A DNA stretch of 64,000 nucleotides from Methanomassiliicoccaceae archaeon (GCA_963728405.1 CAVSJV010000017.1:320001-384000), one strand, 5' to 3'. Positions 1 to 12,661 are shown, counted from the stretch's first letter. Numbers and translations are program-made. The notes: a model not told the origin generated them from the sequence alone.

Positions 1-485
1 TCCACATCGTAATTGATCCCGGGGGGCACCCACCGGTCGTAGTTGTCCTTGGTGGGCATGGCATCGCCGGCGATCACGTACCTAGCGTCGTCGGCCTCCA
101 CGACGACGCTCATGGAGCCCCGGGTATGGCCAGGGGTGTGGATCAACCTGATGCCGGGCCGGAGCTCACGGTCCTCCCCGACCGCCTCGAACCCCGGCCC
201 CGGGCCCTCCTCGTGGCGGGCCATCTTCAAAGCACGAGGGAAAAGGTCGTCGTTGCCAATATGGTCATGATGCATGTGAGTGTTGACCACGACCTCGATG
301 TCCCCCGGTTCGACGTCCAGGGACCTCAGTCCCTCCAGCAGGTGCGGCCGACGCTCCTTGCTGGAAGTATCTACCAGCACCAGGAAGCGGCCGCTTGTTA
401 TCAGGGAGGCGGTGGAGTGGGCTTCGATGACAATGCCGTCCTCCTTATGCAGATACCCTTCACAGACGACCTGGACCGTGATCAC
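1..485 (-). CDS. MBL-fold metallo-hydrolase (3' end runs off the window)
   Basis: Manual translation of the minus strand from GTG at 485 (GTGA overlap with the rhomboid stop) gives MITVQVVCEG...VLVDT...VVNTHMHHDHIGN...HTPGHT...IAGDA, i.e. the HxHxDH, PGH and GD motifs of metallo-beta-lactamase folds. Not in the ORF track. Confidence 0.85.
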   Translation of the reverse strand, partial: MITVQVVCEGYLHKEDGIVIEAHSTASLITSGRFLVLVDTSSKERRPHLLEGLRSLDVEPGDIEVVVNTHMHHDHIGNDDLFPRALKMARHEEGPGPGFEAVGEDRELRPGIRLIHTPGHTRGSMSVVVEADDARYVIAGDAMPTKDNYDRWVPPGINYDV

Positions 486-1374
486 CGGATCTCGACCTCG
501 TTGCCGCACTGGCAAACGAAACGGTCCTTGCGGAACTTCATCTTTCCGCCGCACTTCGGACATTGGGCATGTTCGGCGAAGTACTCTAGCCACGCATTCC
601 GGACTGTCCTTGTGGCTCTCCTTCTTGATGTTCTCCAAAGCATTCTTGAGCTGCGGGGTGGTGGCCAGGGGCTCTAGCTTCGAGTAGTCCAGGGGGGCCT
701 CGTCCTTCCTGCGCTGCTCCTCGACATTCCGTCCGATCAGCAGCCCCACCACCAGGCCGGCCATGAAGCCGCCGACGTGGGCCTCCCACGATACATTGCT
801 GGGTATGAGGATCGCGAGCAGCACAGAGAACAGCAGCCAGCTCAGGGCCGAGAGCCACACCGGCACTCGGGGCAGGAAGATCGGCCCCAGGAGCATGGGG
901 ATCTCGTCACGCGGGTAGAGGACCAGCAGCGCGCCGACCGCTCCGGAGATCGCCCCCGAAGCGCCGATCATATAGACATACGGGTTATCCCCCACCGCTA
1001 AATACGCCACCGCAGCCAGCAGCGCGCCGACGATGCCCGCCGAGAAGTATACCACGGCGAACCGGCGCTTGCCGATCCTCGCTTCCAGCGGGGAGCCGAG
1101 GAAGAAGAGGAAGAGCATGTTGCCCATAACCGTGCAGGAAGCCGCTGTGCACGAACATGCTGGTGAACACCGTGTACACGTCCGTGCCGTTCTGCAGGTC
1201 GATCGGCTGGAAGGCCAGGTCGGCGTAAAGCCGCCCCTGGTTGGCGAACAGGCTCACGAAGAAGATGGCCAGGTTGCCCAGCACCAGCAGGGGGGTGAGG
1301 TCAAACCTCTTCATCGCTCCCAGGACCAGGGTGGCGATGATGATGGCGATGACCAGCAAGGAGAATGGGTCCAT
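482..1374 (-). CDS. Rhomboid family intramembrane serine protease with C-terminal Cys4 zinc ribbon (frameshifts near 1130 and 605)
   Basis: Reconstructed: TSMFVHSGFLH-MGNMLFLFFLGSPLE, catalytic GASG (YMIGASGAISG), EAHVGG, several TM helices; C-terminus ...HAQCPKCGGKMKFRKDRFVCQCGNEVEIR. Confidence 0.85.
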
Positions 1375-1533
1375 TTCGGAATGCCGATTACCTAGCTCGG
1401 TTAAGTCGATTTCGCTGTCCTTCGTCGTCTTTCCGATAGTATGTTGCACGAGAGACCTTTATCCAGAGATAGGACAATGCCCGGACCCAGCAGAGGAGCT
1501 AGAGAAAGGTGGACAATAGGGGGACGCGTTGAG

Positions 1534-2103
1534 ATGGAGTACCGGAAGGAGATCGACATCGCCGAGTGCGAGCTGGTGTACCCGCCCATGGAAGACACCT
1601 TCCTGCTCCTGGAACAGCTCAACATCAACGCCAGCGAGAGCGCCCTGGAGATGGGTTGCGGCACCGGATTGATCAGCTGCCACCTGTCCTTGGCGGAAGC
1701 GCAGTTGACTGCCGCTGACATCAATCCCCGTGCCGTGGCGTGCACCAGGGAGAATCTGAGAAGGAACGGTCTTGCCGGCCAGGTGATCGAGAGCGATCTA
1801 TTCATGAACGTGCATGGGCCCTTCGACCTCATCGTGTTCAACCCCCCCTACCTGGCCGCCGAAGAGGAGGGTGTGCTGGAGAGAGCGTGGGCCGGCGGAA
1901 AGGAAGGATTGGACGTCCTAGCGCCCTTCCTGGAGCAGGCGCCCGGCCATCTGAACCCGCGAGGCCGGATAGTGGTCCTTCTCTCTTCCGAGATGGATGC
2001 CGACATGCTTGAACGCCTTCTAGGACCGTTCCATCGCACTCGCCGGGGCTCTCGTCGCTATTTCTTCGAAGAGCTGTGGGTAGAGGAGCTCCGTCCGCTC
2101 TAG
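1534..2103 (+). CDS. HemK2/PrmC-like protein-glutamine methyltransferase (putative release factor methylase)
   Basis: VYPPMEDTFLL, LEMGCGTG SAM-binding motif, FNPPY motif, WAGGKEG. Confidence 0.85.
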   Translation: MEYRKEIDIAECELVYPPMEDTFLLLEQLNINASESALEMGCGTGLISCHLSLAEAQLTAADINPRAVACTRENLRRNGLAGQVIESDLFMNVHGPFDLIVFNPPYLAAEEEGVLERAWAGGKEGLDVLAPFLEQAPGHLNPRGRIVVLLSSEMDADMLERLLGPFHRTRRGSRRYFFEELWVEELRPL

Positions 2104-2462
2104 GCCTTCCAGGCGATGGCCAGGATCCCGCTGATAAGGCCCAGGATGAACCCGAAGATGAAACCCCCGCCCACCAGGACCAGGCTGACCACCGAGAACA
2201 CGATGATGACCGCCCCCCAGCTCACGTGCTCGGTCGGCTGGGCATTGAGACGGGCTGCAGCGTAGATTATGATCACACCGAGCAGGATACCGATCGCGCC
2301 GAAGGCTAGCCCACCGCCGAACACCGCGATGCCCAGTGTCACTCCGACACCGAGGAGCAGCAGGCCGTTGAGCACCACTAGCACGCCGGCGATGAGCGAT
2401 AGCACGTAAGCGACGGTCAGCGCGGCAGCCACCGTCCTCATTCCCACGTCGTTGACAGACAT
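2100..2462 (-). CDS. Small Gly-rich 4-TM membrane protein (DUF6114-like)
   Basis: Hydrophobic ORF ending GGFIFGFILGLISGILAIAWK; paralog of the adjacent gene. Confidence 0.65.
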   Translation of the reverse strand: MSVNDVGMRTVAAALTVAYVLSLIAGVLVVLNGLLLLGVGVTLGIAVFGGGLAFGAIGILLGVIIIYAAARLNAQPTEHVSWGAVIIVFSVVSLVLVGGGFIFGFILGLISGILAIAWKA

Positions 2463-2470
2463 TCTCTCAC

Positions 2471-2839
2471 CTATCCCTGCATGATGGCCCAGGCCCCACC
2501 CATGATGCCCAGCACCGAACCGATGATAAAGCCTCCACCAGCCAGCACCAGCGCTAGCACCGAGACGATCACGATCACCGCACCATACACCACGTGCCGC
2601 ACCGGGTTCGCTCTCAGATTATACGCCGCCCAAACGATGACCACCCCGTGGATGAGGATCACGAATCCGAAGATGAGGGCCCCGAAGCCCAGGTCCCCCG
2701 CCGCCGTCAGTATAGGGCCGGCTATCGCCACGATAAGGCCCTCGAGAAGAATCAGAACCCCGCCGATGATGGACAATATGTAAGGCCATGGGGGATAGGT
2801 AGTTCGGGTCGGATAGGTCGTCGTCGCATCTCTTGTCAT
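2471..2839 (-). CDS. Small Gly-rich 4-TM membrane protein (DUF6114-like), tandem paralog
   Basis: YILSIIGGVLILLEG...HVVYGAVIVIVSV...GGGFIIGSVLGIMGGAWAI mirrors the neighbouring ORF; start taken at MTRDATT. Confidence 0.65.
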   Translation of the reverse strand: MTRDATTTYPTRTTYPPWPYILSIIGGVLILLEGLIVAIAGPILTAAGDLGFGALIFGFVILIHGVVIVWAAYNLRANPVRHVVYGAVIVIVSVLALVLAGGGFIIGSVLGIMGGAWAIMQG

Positions 2840-3002
2840 CGTTCGTATCTCCGCTTTTTTCGCTCCCAGTTTTGCGGTCGGCGAGCATGGATAAAAGGCC
2901 AGCGTCCGCTTGAAAATGATTGTTTGAACTCTGGGCGGTCCCTGCGGTAATAATTGAGGAAATATCAAAAAAGTATTCATTAAGTGGTTTGAGGGTCGGC
3001 TA

Positions 3003-4872
3003 CTATTTTTTCTCCAGGAGCTTCTCGATCTCCTTTCTGAGCAGATCGCTGGCCACCTTTCCGTCCACCTTGCCTTTCAGTTCCGCCATGACCACGCCCA
3101 TCAACGGCCCTACCGCGCCTGCGCCCTTCTCCCGGACGAAGGCCTCTCGTTCCTTGATGATGCGCGCTACGACCGCCGCCGCCTCATCGGCGCTGACCAC
3201 GGAGATCCCTAGCTCCTTGACCGCCTCGGGGACCTTCTTCCCTCTGGCCACCAATCCGAGGACGCCGGGCACCGCTTCCTTGGCGAAGTGGTTCGCCGCA
3301 AGAGCGGCGAACACCTCCCGAAGCACCGGCTCGTCGAGCTTGGTGAGGTCGGCGCCCTGCCGCTCCAGCTCCGGGAGCGTTGACAAGAGGGTTCTGGCGG
3401 CCACGCCGGCCAGCTCTTTCGTTCGCGCCACCTCCTCGAACAGTTCGTCCCAGCCGTCCCTTACGATCTGGCGGGCCTGCTGTTCATGGATACCATAGGC
3501 TGAGGCGATGCGGGCGGTACGAACCTCCGGCAACTCGGGCAGATGGGCGGCTATGCGTTCGATGTGCTCTTGCTCCAGCGTGATCGGCGGCACGTCCGTC
3601 TCGGGGTACATCCTGGCCGCCCCAGGCAGCGGCCTCGAATAGGAGCTCGAACCGTCCGGCTGGGGGTCCCTGGTCTCTTCCGGGACACCGTTCAGCGCTT
3701 CGTAGGCTCGGGCGATGGCGGCGTGCAGCGCCGCTTCGGCCTTTCGCCCATCGTCGGCGCACAGGACGAAGGCGTCGTTCGGGCCCAGGTCCATGATGGC
3801 CCGTAGCTGATCGACGTAACTTTCGATCTATCCCATAGTTCGGCAGCTCGTCCGAGTGGAATATGCCGGCCACGCCCTTGGTCCGGGCGTACTGGGCCAT
3901 CTCCGCTCCTAAACGAAGTGTGGCATCTGGCGAGCGCATCACTCCGGCAAACCCGTGCAGTGGCGCTCCCAAGACCTTGCCCCCCTTCTTGATGGCCCCG
4001 ATCATTACCTTGGAGGGGCAGGAGGCGAACAGAGCGGTATGGTCCTTGATCTCCGCGACGGCCTTGCTGACGCCCCTTTCCTTGAGCATCTCCTTTATCC
4101 TGAGCAGAGAGCGTTGCCGCTCCACCTCCTTCTCCACGTAAAGGGGCAGCAGCCGCAGTTCCTGAACGCCCTTGATCTCCACCCTGGCTCCGCCGGGAAT
4201 GGAAATATTGACGTCCTCCCTGATGGTCCCTATGCCCCGCTTGACCTTTCGGGTGGCACGCATCATCGAGCCCAGACGTTGAGCGGCCTCCTTCACCTCC
4301 TCGGGGGTGTGCAGCTCCGGGCCGGTCGCCACCTCGATGAGCGGTATGCCCAGTCGGTCCAAGCGGTAGGTGACCTCTCCGGCCTTGGTGTCGACCTTGC
4401 GGGCGGCATCCTCCTCCAGGCAGAACGTCGGTACCGAGATCTTTCGTCCATTCACTTCCAGGAAGCCGTCCATGGCCACCATGGCGGTCCGCTGGAAGCC
4501 AGTGGTGTTGGAGCCATCGATCACCAGCTTGCGCATGAAGTGGACCTCGTCGACCGGGCGGGCCTGCAACATCGCGGCCACGGTCAGAACGATGTCCAAC
4601 GCCTCGGCGTTGGCGGCATGGGGCGGCTCCTCATCGGCGTCGACCAGGCAGGACGAGCGATGGGGGGTTTGATACCGGAACCGCATCTTCTTCTCGGCCT
4701 GCACCAGCGCGGCGCGATCGATCTCTCCCAGCTCCGATTGCGTCGGGCGCAACCGGCGGGTGATGGTGTCGCCCTCTTCCTCCACCAGAACGGTCTGGCA
4801 GTCGCAGAAGAGCTTCTTGGTGTCGAGCTGCTGGTGGATCTCCAGCCCGCAGGTCAGCTCGTGCTCAGTCAT
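3003..4872 (-). CDS. gatE: Glu-tRNA(Gln) amidotransferase subunit E (frameshift near 3810-3830)
   Basis: GLEIHQQLDTKKLFC, RKLVIDGSNTTGFQRT, LDRLGIPLIEVAT, GIFHSDELPNYG; second ORF continues RPLPGAARMYPETDVP and the YqeY-like tail. Confidence 0.95.
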
Positions 4873-6164
4873 GCAGTTCCCTCCTTTCGGTCAGTTCGCC
4901 CCTGAGATCGGTGGTCATCAGCTCCGCGATCTTTTCCCTCTCGCCGGTCTGTCCGAGGACCCACATCAGCTTAACGTATGCGGTCTCCGGGAGCATGTCC
5001 CCTCCCGGGATCACGCCGGCGGTCACCAGGTCCCTACCCGTATCGTAGACGCTCATGTCCACCATGCCGTTCAGGCACTGGGAGGTCATCACCACGCTGG
5101 TCCCGTCCTCGATGGCCTTCCGGACCGCCTTGACCATGTCCGAGGACACGTGTCCCAGCCCGGTACCGGCGAAGACCACGCCCCTGCTCTTGGCGAGGAC
5201 GCCCTCGAAGGTCGATGGGCTCATGCCCGGATAGAAGTAAAGCAACGAGACGTTGGGCTCCATCGCCGTGCGCAGAGATACCTTGCCGGCCGATCGCTTG
5301 CGGTAGGGGGAGAGGTACTGCACGCCCCCCTCGAACTCCACCCGCGCCACCAGCGGCGAGTTCACGCTGTGGAAGGCGTCCCGGCGCGAGGTGTGCATCT
5401 TCCGGACCTTGGTGCCGCGATGGACGGCGGCGGCCGTGTCCGATGAGGTCTCGTGCATCAGGACGAACACCTCCGCGGCGTCGGTCTCCACGATGAACCG
5501 GGCGGCCGATACCAGATTGGTGTAGGCGTCCGAGGACGGCCGGTCCGAGGACCTCTGGGCCCCCACCAGCACGACCGGCCGGGTCAGGCCCTCGAGCATG
5601 AACGACAACGCCGCGGAGGTGTAGCCCATAGTGTCCGTACCATGGGGGATGATGCATCCTTCCGCTCCGGCGTTGATGCGGTCAGCGGCCGCCTCGGCGA
5701 TGCGCTGCCAGCTCTCCACTTTCATATTCTCCGAGAATATGGAGAACAGCACCTCCGCTCGCACGTCGCAGATGTCGGCGATCTCCGGCACGGTGGCGAT
5801 GAGATCCCCCGCCGATAGGGCGGGATGCACCGCTCCGGTGCGGTAGTCGACGTAGCTGGCGATAGTGCCTCCGGTCCCCAGCACGGCGACCGGCTTCTTC
5901 CCTTGGCCGTTCGCTACGGCCCGGGGCTTCTTCTCTTTGACCTCACCCTTGGTGATCAACCTTACCTCAGAGGTGGGTCGGACCATCACTCCGACAGTTG
6001 TAGCCGCTCTTCAGCTTGAGGACCAGGACGTCGGGATGGCTGAACTCGTGATGGGGCATGAGCGTGCCGGAGCGGTCCTGACCTTCGTCCCTCACCCTTA
6101 GGACATCGCCTTCGGCCGCTCCCAGCCGCTGTAATAGTTCGCTAACGTTCGGAGAATAGCTCAT
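4865..6164 (-). CDS. gatD: Glu-tRNA(Gln) amidotransferase subunit D (frameshift near 5995)
   Basis: N-terminal LKLKSGYN, asparaginase motifs GTGGTIASYVDYRTGAV and HGTDTM, GAQRSSDRPSSD, RKMHTSRRDAF. Confidence 0.95.
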
Positions 6165-6214
6165 TGAGCTGACACCAATGCCAGAGATGGCGTCCATTGC
6201 TTAATATTGTCGTC

Positions 6215-6250
6215 AAAAATAGGAAATGGAAAAAGGTTTGGGGAAAGGGG
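6215..6250 (-). terminator. Putative U-rich terminator after the large surface protein gene
   Basis: Minus strand reads CCCCTTTCCCCAAACCTTTTTCCATTTCCTATTTTT directly after the stop; a similar AAACCTTTT tract follows the malic enzyme gene and a shorter AAACCTTTC follows ef1b. Confidence 0.5.
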
Positions 6251-6252
6251 TT

Positions 6253-9200
6253 TTACTTCTTCCGGGCGAAGTACAGCGCACCGATGAGGACGACCGCGAT
6301 CACCAGGGCGATGCCGCCGATGACCAGGGGGTCCATACCGAACACGCTGTTCTTCTTTATGGCCACGGTAACGCCAGCCGCGGTGGCCTTGTCCTCCATG
6401 ACAAAGTTGCCGCTACCGGTGTTGTTGTCCTTGGTGGCCGAGACCTGGAAGGGGTTGATCGAGGTGTTCTGCTGGCCGTCCGCGAGGATGGCATAGTTGG
6501 GCAGGAATACCTTGAACACTCCCTTGCCGTCAGAGACGCCGGTGGCCCAGACCTTGCCGGCGGCGTCGGTGATGGTCACCGAGGCGCCAGCGATGCCGAA
6601 GCCATCCTGGTCCTTAACGGTCAGGGTCAGCAGGTTCTCGACGAACATCGCCGAGGTGTCCAGGACCTTGATCTTCTCCCACTCGCAGCCGTGGACGGTG
6701 ACCATGGAACCCTCCATGATGTAGATGTCGAAGTCACCTGCATCAAAGGTGGTGTCCGCAATCGCCGCGGTGCAGTCCTCCAGGAATATGGCGTCATCGA
6801 GGCACTGGATGCTCGCGCCCATGACCGTCACAGTCCGAGTTGGTGGCGAATATGCCATCATAGACGGTGAAGGGCAGGTCGAAGGCATACTTGGTGCCGT
6901 TCGCGCCATACCAGCTGAGGGTGAAGTAGTTGGTCTTCACGGTGTCCTTGAACACGATGGTCGAGTCGATCGCATAGACCGCGTACTGCAGGCTGCCGTA
7001 CTCGTTGCCGCTAGCATAGACACAGGAGCCCACCGAGTAGATACCCATGTGGTCGTCCATCATCATGTTGACGATGACGTCCATCAGCATGCCGGAGGCG
7101 GGCACCGAGGCCGACGGAGCGTCATATCTCCCTTCCATGAGCTCGGCGACATCGATGTCGATGTTGACTTTCAGCATATCCATAATCACAGTCATGATCA
7201 CGGATGCGTACGGGCTCGCGCCGTTAATCAGCCTGGAATACCCGATCTGGTTGTCCTCGACGGTGACGGTGCTGTCAATGACGAATATCTCCTTGTGGTT
7301 GAACAGGAAGATGTTGTCGTGGATAGCGCCGGTCACGTTCTCGGCGTAGATACCGGCCATGTAGTTGGACAGGAAGATGTTGTCGATGACCTTGTCCAGG
7401 CAGGTGTTGCGCGCGTAGATACCGCGTTCGTTGTAGTATATCAGGCAGTTCATGATCACCGGCTTGGCGTCAGCACCCTCGATGAAGATACCATCCATGC
7501 TCGCATAATTGATGATGCAGGATCGGATGACCGGGCTGCTGTTGTCGATGGTGATGCAGTTCCTGCTGGCACCGGAGATAGTAGAGCTGTCCAGGAGGAC
7601 AGTGGAACCCTCGGCGATGTACAGCTGGACGATGCCGCTGACGTAGCAGTCCATCATTTCGAGCGTGCCGTATACGTTGAAGAAGTAGTAGCCAGTGTAT
7701 GCGTAGATATCCGCGTTCCTGGCAACCATCTCTCCGCCGCAATCGATGTCGATCTTGGCCCTCTCATCGCCGAACTCGACCGGGATGAGCATATCGGTAC
7801 CATAGGTGCCGATGGCGAAGGACGCATAGTCCAGGGTGATCTTGCCGCCAGCCTGAACGTACAGGTCGCCGCCATAGAGGAGCACATCATTGTTGCGCAC
7901 CTCAGAGACCCCGTCAATGATCCACTCTGCCCGTACACAATATTCGACATATAGGCCGTAGTTGGAGTTGTCCGTGTACACCCCGTTGTAGATGATCAGG
8001 GCGTCACAGTCGACAACCACAAGGCCGCTGTACCAGTTCTGGTCGAAGGTGTTGTTTCCGATCACGGTCCAGGGGTTCTCGTCGCCATCACGGGCATCAG
8101 GAGCACCATAGTCCCCGTTGACAGTAACAGCCATCACCCTGGTTGTTGGCAAAGGTGTTGTACTCGATCCAGAGGTTCCAGCAGTCATAGAACTGGGCGC
8201 CATTCTGGTTGTTGTAGGCGACCCAGTTGTTGCAGAAGCTCAGGTTGCCCGTCTCGTCTACATCGACGCCGACGTCATTGTTGTTGATGACGTTCCTGGC
8301 GACGGTGATGTTGAAGCACTCATACATCTGGAGACCAACAACTGAGCCGCTGATGACACTGTCCTCGATGATCGCATCGGAGACACCAGTGAGATATACA
8401 CCGGTTCCTTGGGTCATCAGGATGAAGTTGTTCTTTAGAACGACCTTACCCTCGCTGACATAGATACCGTAGACGCTTGCCTCGATGCAATTGTCATCAA
8501 CAGTGACGTTGCCGCCGGTGATCCTGATGCCACTGCCGTACTCTACGACGATGTCATTGCTGACCGCGGTGACCTCACCGCTCTCGATGACGATGGCGGT
8601 TCCGGTTTCCATGTCGAAGGTGTTGTCCATCACCGACACTGGAATGCCCATGGATACATCCACCAGTAGGCCGATGGGGACCTCAGCGATAGACGGCGCT
8701 CTGAGCAGTTCCTCGATACCGGTGATGCAGTTGTTCTCTATGACGTATTCGAGGTCGAGGGTGCTGATGACACTGCAGTATTCATCCTCGTAGTCGTAGC
8801 CGTCATCTTCGGCATAGGCGACGATGCCATGCCCCCGTTCCATGGTCAGCGTGTTCTGGCTGAAGCAGAACAACGTGTCCACGGTAGCGGTCGCGTTTCC
8901 CATGTGAGCATCGGCGTCGACCTCGGCGCCTCCGGCCAGGCCGCAGCCAATGCCGGTGATGCTCAGTACGTTGTTCGTCGCCGTGACGTCGCCAACGATA
9001 CAGGCGACGGCGTCGGCATAGTAGGATCTGGCATCAGCGTTTCTGTAGACGTTCATGCCTACGAAGTTGTAACCCTCGATGGTGTTGTCATCGAAGAGCA
9101 CCTCGGACTCGATCAGCGCGCTGGCCAGCACACCATCGGCCTCAACGCTCAGGTACTGGAAGAGCTTGAGGCCGTAGCCGGAATAACCCCGACCGGTCGG

Positions 9201-11735
9201 AGCACCGACTCCAAAGACGAAATAGTTGTTGTCCACACTGTTGCCCTGAACCAGGACATCGTTGTATAGGACAGCGGTGGCGTTCTCCCAGACCGAGCAG
9301 TTCACGTCAGCCTCGACCATGCTCCCGCCCACCGTGAAGGTGTTGCAGGTGACGGTCAGAGGCATAAGGGCCTCGATGCTGGCGGACTCGCTGGCGTCGA
9401 TATTGACGAAGTAGTTGACGCCGTCATTCTCAAGGATAGCGGTGTTGCCATCGACGGTCAGGGCGTTCCTGATGAGAACGCTGGCCATGTCGTCAGCGTC
9501 GCCGTCCACGTTGTAGCGGACCATGTTCGCGTCGAGCTCTTCGCAGACGTTGTCCAGAACACAGACATCGCCGACAAAGTCCAGAGCGGACTCGTCATCA
9601 GCGGCGTACTCCCCATCGTAGCGAAGCAGCCCCTTGGCATCGGTCACGATGTTACCACTCACGCATACGGGGAAGTAAATGCACATCTCGCTGTAATCAG
9701 CGGCAGTGAAGCGCTGTCTCACGTCGAATGCGTAGACGTCAGCATACTCCACGATGTTGTCCACGAAGGTAGCGGCTCCGTTGAATGTGACCTCACCATA
9801 CCCGTAGGCATCGAGGTTGACGACGTAGTTCACCGCTGCTTCGTAGCATTGGGTGATGCTGTTGCCACGCACCACGAGGTCACCGGAGCAGATCAGGGTC
9901 GTGTTCTCCATGCTGGAGATCGTTTCTTCCCTGACCCGGACGAACACACCATAGTCACCGCCGGTGATGTCGTTGTTCTCCACGATCACGTCTGAGCAGA
10001 GAACAGCGGTACCGTTGGTTCCGAGGTCAAAGTTCCTCTCCACAATTATCCCGGCATACTGGTCCTCGGGAGCGGAGGGCGCGATTGGCATGCTGCCCGA
10101 TATGACGTTCCCGGAGACAGTGACCAGGCCGCGTATCTCGGCAAAGGCGTCATCGTCAGCGCTGACAGTAGTCGGACAGGTAGATGCCGCCATGAGACTG
10201 AAGAGCGATGACATTGTCCAGGACACATACCTCGACATTGATCGCGCTCTCAGCTTCTCCATAGGCTTCGGCCCATCTGTATATGGAGACGGCCGGGTCC
10301 CCATCGTCATTGGTGCAGTTGACCTGATTGCCCTCGAACCGCAGCGAGGCGTCCACAGAGGCGCAGCTGCGGTCAGCAACATATGCTCCGAAGTTCGCAT
10401 ACAGAACATCGTCCTCTGCGTCATCCACAATGTTGTTCAGGATGAGCACGTCGCCCTGGAAGGTCACTACAGAATCATCATAAGCTTCCAAGTTCCCGAT
10501 GCTGTAATCGAAGAGGTTGCTGGTCTGTCCGATTATGTTGTCAGCCACCATTATGTCCCTGGTCACGACCACGGTCGAGTTGTCAAAGGAGTATGCGTCG
10601 TATACAACCTCAACGACATCATAGTCGCAGATCAAGACGGTGTTGCCGGAAACGATGACGTCGCTGATGAGGAGGATCTCCGAGTATCCGTACGCCCCGT
10701 AGGTCACACTGTTATCCAGGACATACCCGTCCAGATTGGCCAGGGTGTTGTCGCAAACCACAAAGTCCCCATCATAGGTTACGGTGGAGTTCTCATCAAA
10801 CGCTCCTAAGTACATGCGGGGATTTAGGAATACATATCCCGTCTGGACCAGATTGTTGTCGGTTGCGATGACGTCCCTCGATGGTCGCGCTAGCGTTGCC
10901 ATAGGAGCGGATGTCTTACGTCATAGCGGAATGAGTTCCAATCTCCACTGGTCATGTTAATATTGTTGGATTGGAAGAGCACATCGCCGATTATTGAAGC
11001 AGTGGAGTTGCCCTGCGCATTCACTGTCCGGGAGAGATATATGACCCTACCGTAGCCGCTGAAATCGTTCCCAGAGATGTTAATGGGGCAGATTATCTCC
11101 ACGCTCTCCTCGTCGTCCGTGGTGACCGATTGCACAATGTAAACAGCGTTATAATCGCTGTAATTGAACGTGCAGCCTGTCACCGTGATGGGTGCCGAGT
11201 CGGTCAAAATGAAAATGATAGGTTCATTTTCCCCGTCGAGGAACATGCAGTTGGTGATCGGCACCGTGCAATTGTTCACCCGCACCGCCTGGGTGGCGTT
11301 GTCTATCCTGACGAAATCTAGCATCGAACTGACGCTGGTGTCAGTGAAGCTCAGACCGCCCCACATGGAACTGGTCTGGTTGCAGGTGAAATTGATCATC
11401 TGGTCCGCGGTGCCATCGGCGATCAAGGCGCCGTTCACAGTGATGACCACACCGGGGTCACAGAGGACGGTCACGTTGGGGTCCGATGGTCAGGGTCGCC
11501 CCTGCCTCTACAGCGAACGAAGCATTCACAATATAGGGCGATCCCGCCTCGCTCCATTGTGTATCCGTCAGTAATGTCGCTATAGACATACGTCGGACCT
11601 GCAGCACTGGCGTTCCCCTACGCTCATGCAGGCCATGATGACCACCATGAGTGCGAGGACGCCTAGCAAAACCAGCGACTTCCGAGGGAAGGCCGACTTG
11701 CTATGTAGCATGTCATTTGCATTTTCCGAATTCAT
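6253..11735 (-). CDS. Very large (~1800 aa) membrane-anchored right-handed beta-helix surface/adhesin-like protein (several frameshifts)
   Basis: Six consecutive minus-strand ORF fragments join into one protein: N-terminal signal/TM (RKSLVLLGVLALMVVIMACM), GN/DN-ladder PbH1/NosD-like repeats, Ig-like TVKDQDG..IAGASVTITD domain, C-terminal TM plus ARKK. Confidence 0.8.
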
Positions 11736-11953
11736 AATCCTCACACCAATTTCCCCGGCCATCTCCCTGCGTCCAGGGGGAGAGCCAAGATGGGCATGGG
11801 ATTAAATTGACCATACTTAAAGATAATCGTAAAAATTTAGAATGCTGAATGATATAATATGAATAAATTCTCGACGATGAGAATCTGCCTCGTTCGAATG
11901 TCCTAACGATATTAGGGGAATGCTAAATATCCCTAGAGCTTTTAATCGCCCTC

Positions 11954-12611
11954 GTGCACAAGGTCTCCGATATCTCCATGGAAGCTGATATTCTCGCCGA
12001 GAACAGGAAGCTTGGTCATGACAATCATCACCGTCTCAAGGCCCACGGCATACGCTCCCTCGACGTGATGGGCTCGATCGGTTCCGGAAAAACGTTGCTT
12101 GATCCAGCAGATGGCCGTCCGCATGAGGGAGAAAGGGTTACGGGTCGCCGTTCTCGCCGGCGACGTCACCGGCCAGGACGATTTCGACCGGTTCCAGAAG
12201 GCCGGGGTGTCCGCCATCAATGTCAACACCGGGAAGGAGTGCCACCTCGACGCTCACCTGGTCGACCACGCCATCGACAAGCTCGACCTGGACAACCTGG
12301 ACTTCCTGTTCATCGAGAACGTCGGTAACCTAGTATGCCCGGCCGATTTCCCCTTGGGGACCGATATGCGCATGGTCGTCATCTCCGTCACCGAAGGCGA
12401 TGACATGGTGAGGAAGCAGCCGATGATCTTTGTGGAGTCGGACCTCGCCGTCCTGAACAAGATCGATCTCCTACCCCACATGGACATCGACGCCAGCCTG
12501 CTGGACCGAGATTATGTCAAGATCAAGAAGGGTGCCAAGCTGCACCGCACCAGCGCCAAGACCGGGGAAGGGTTGGACGAGCTGTTCAAGGCATTGAATA
12601 TCCAGCTCTGA
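11954..12611 (+). CDS. hypB: Hydrogenase nickel incorporation GTPase HypB (frameshift near 12100)
   Basis: DILAENRKL, MGSIGSGKTLL, NTGKECHLDAH, ENVGNLVCPADFPLG, SVTEGDD, NKIDL, SAKTGEG. Confidence 0.95.
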
Positions 12612-12661
12612 AACCCACCACTTTTTATCATTCTCGTCCTTTACCCCATTCAGGTGCTTGA

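Noticed and set aside
10890-10892. Possible pyrrolysine (TAG) read-through in the beta-helix protein
   Set aside because: The TAG is reached only after a frameshift; the repeat pattern continues in another frame (YDVDIRSYGNASATIEG).
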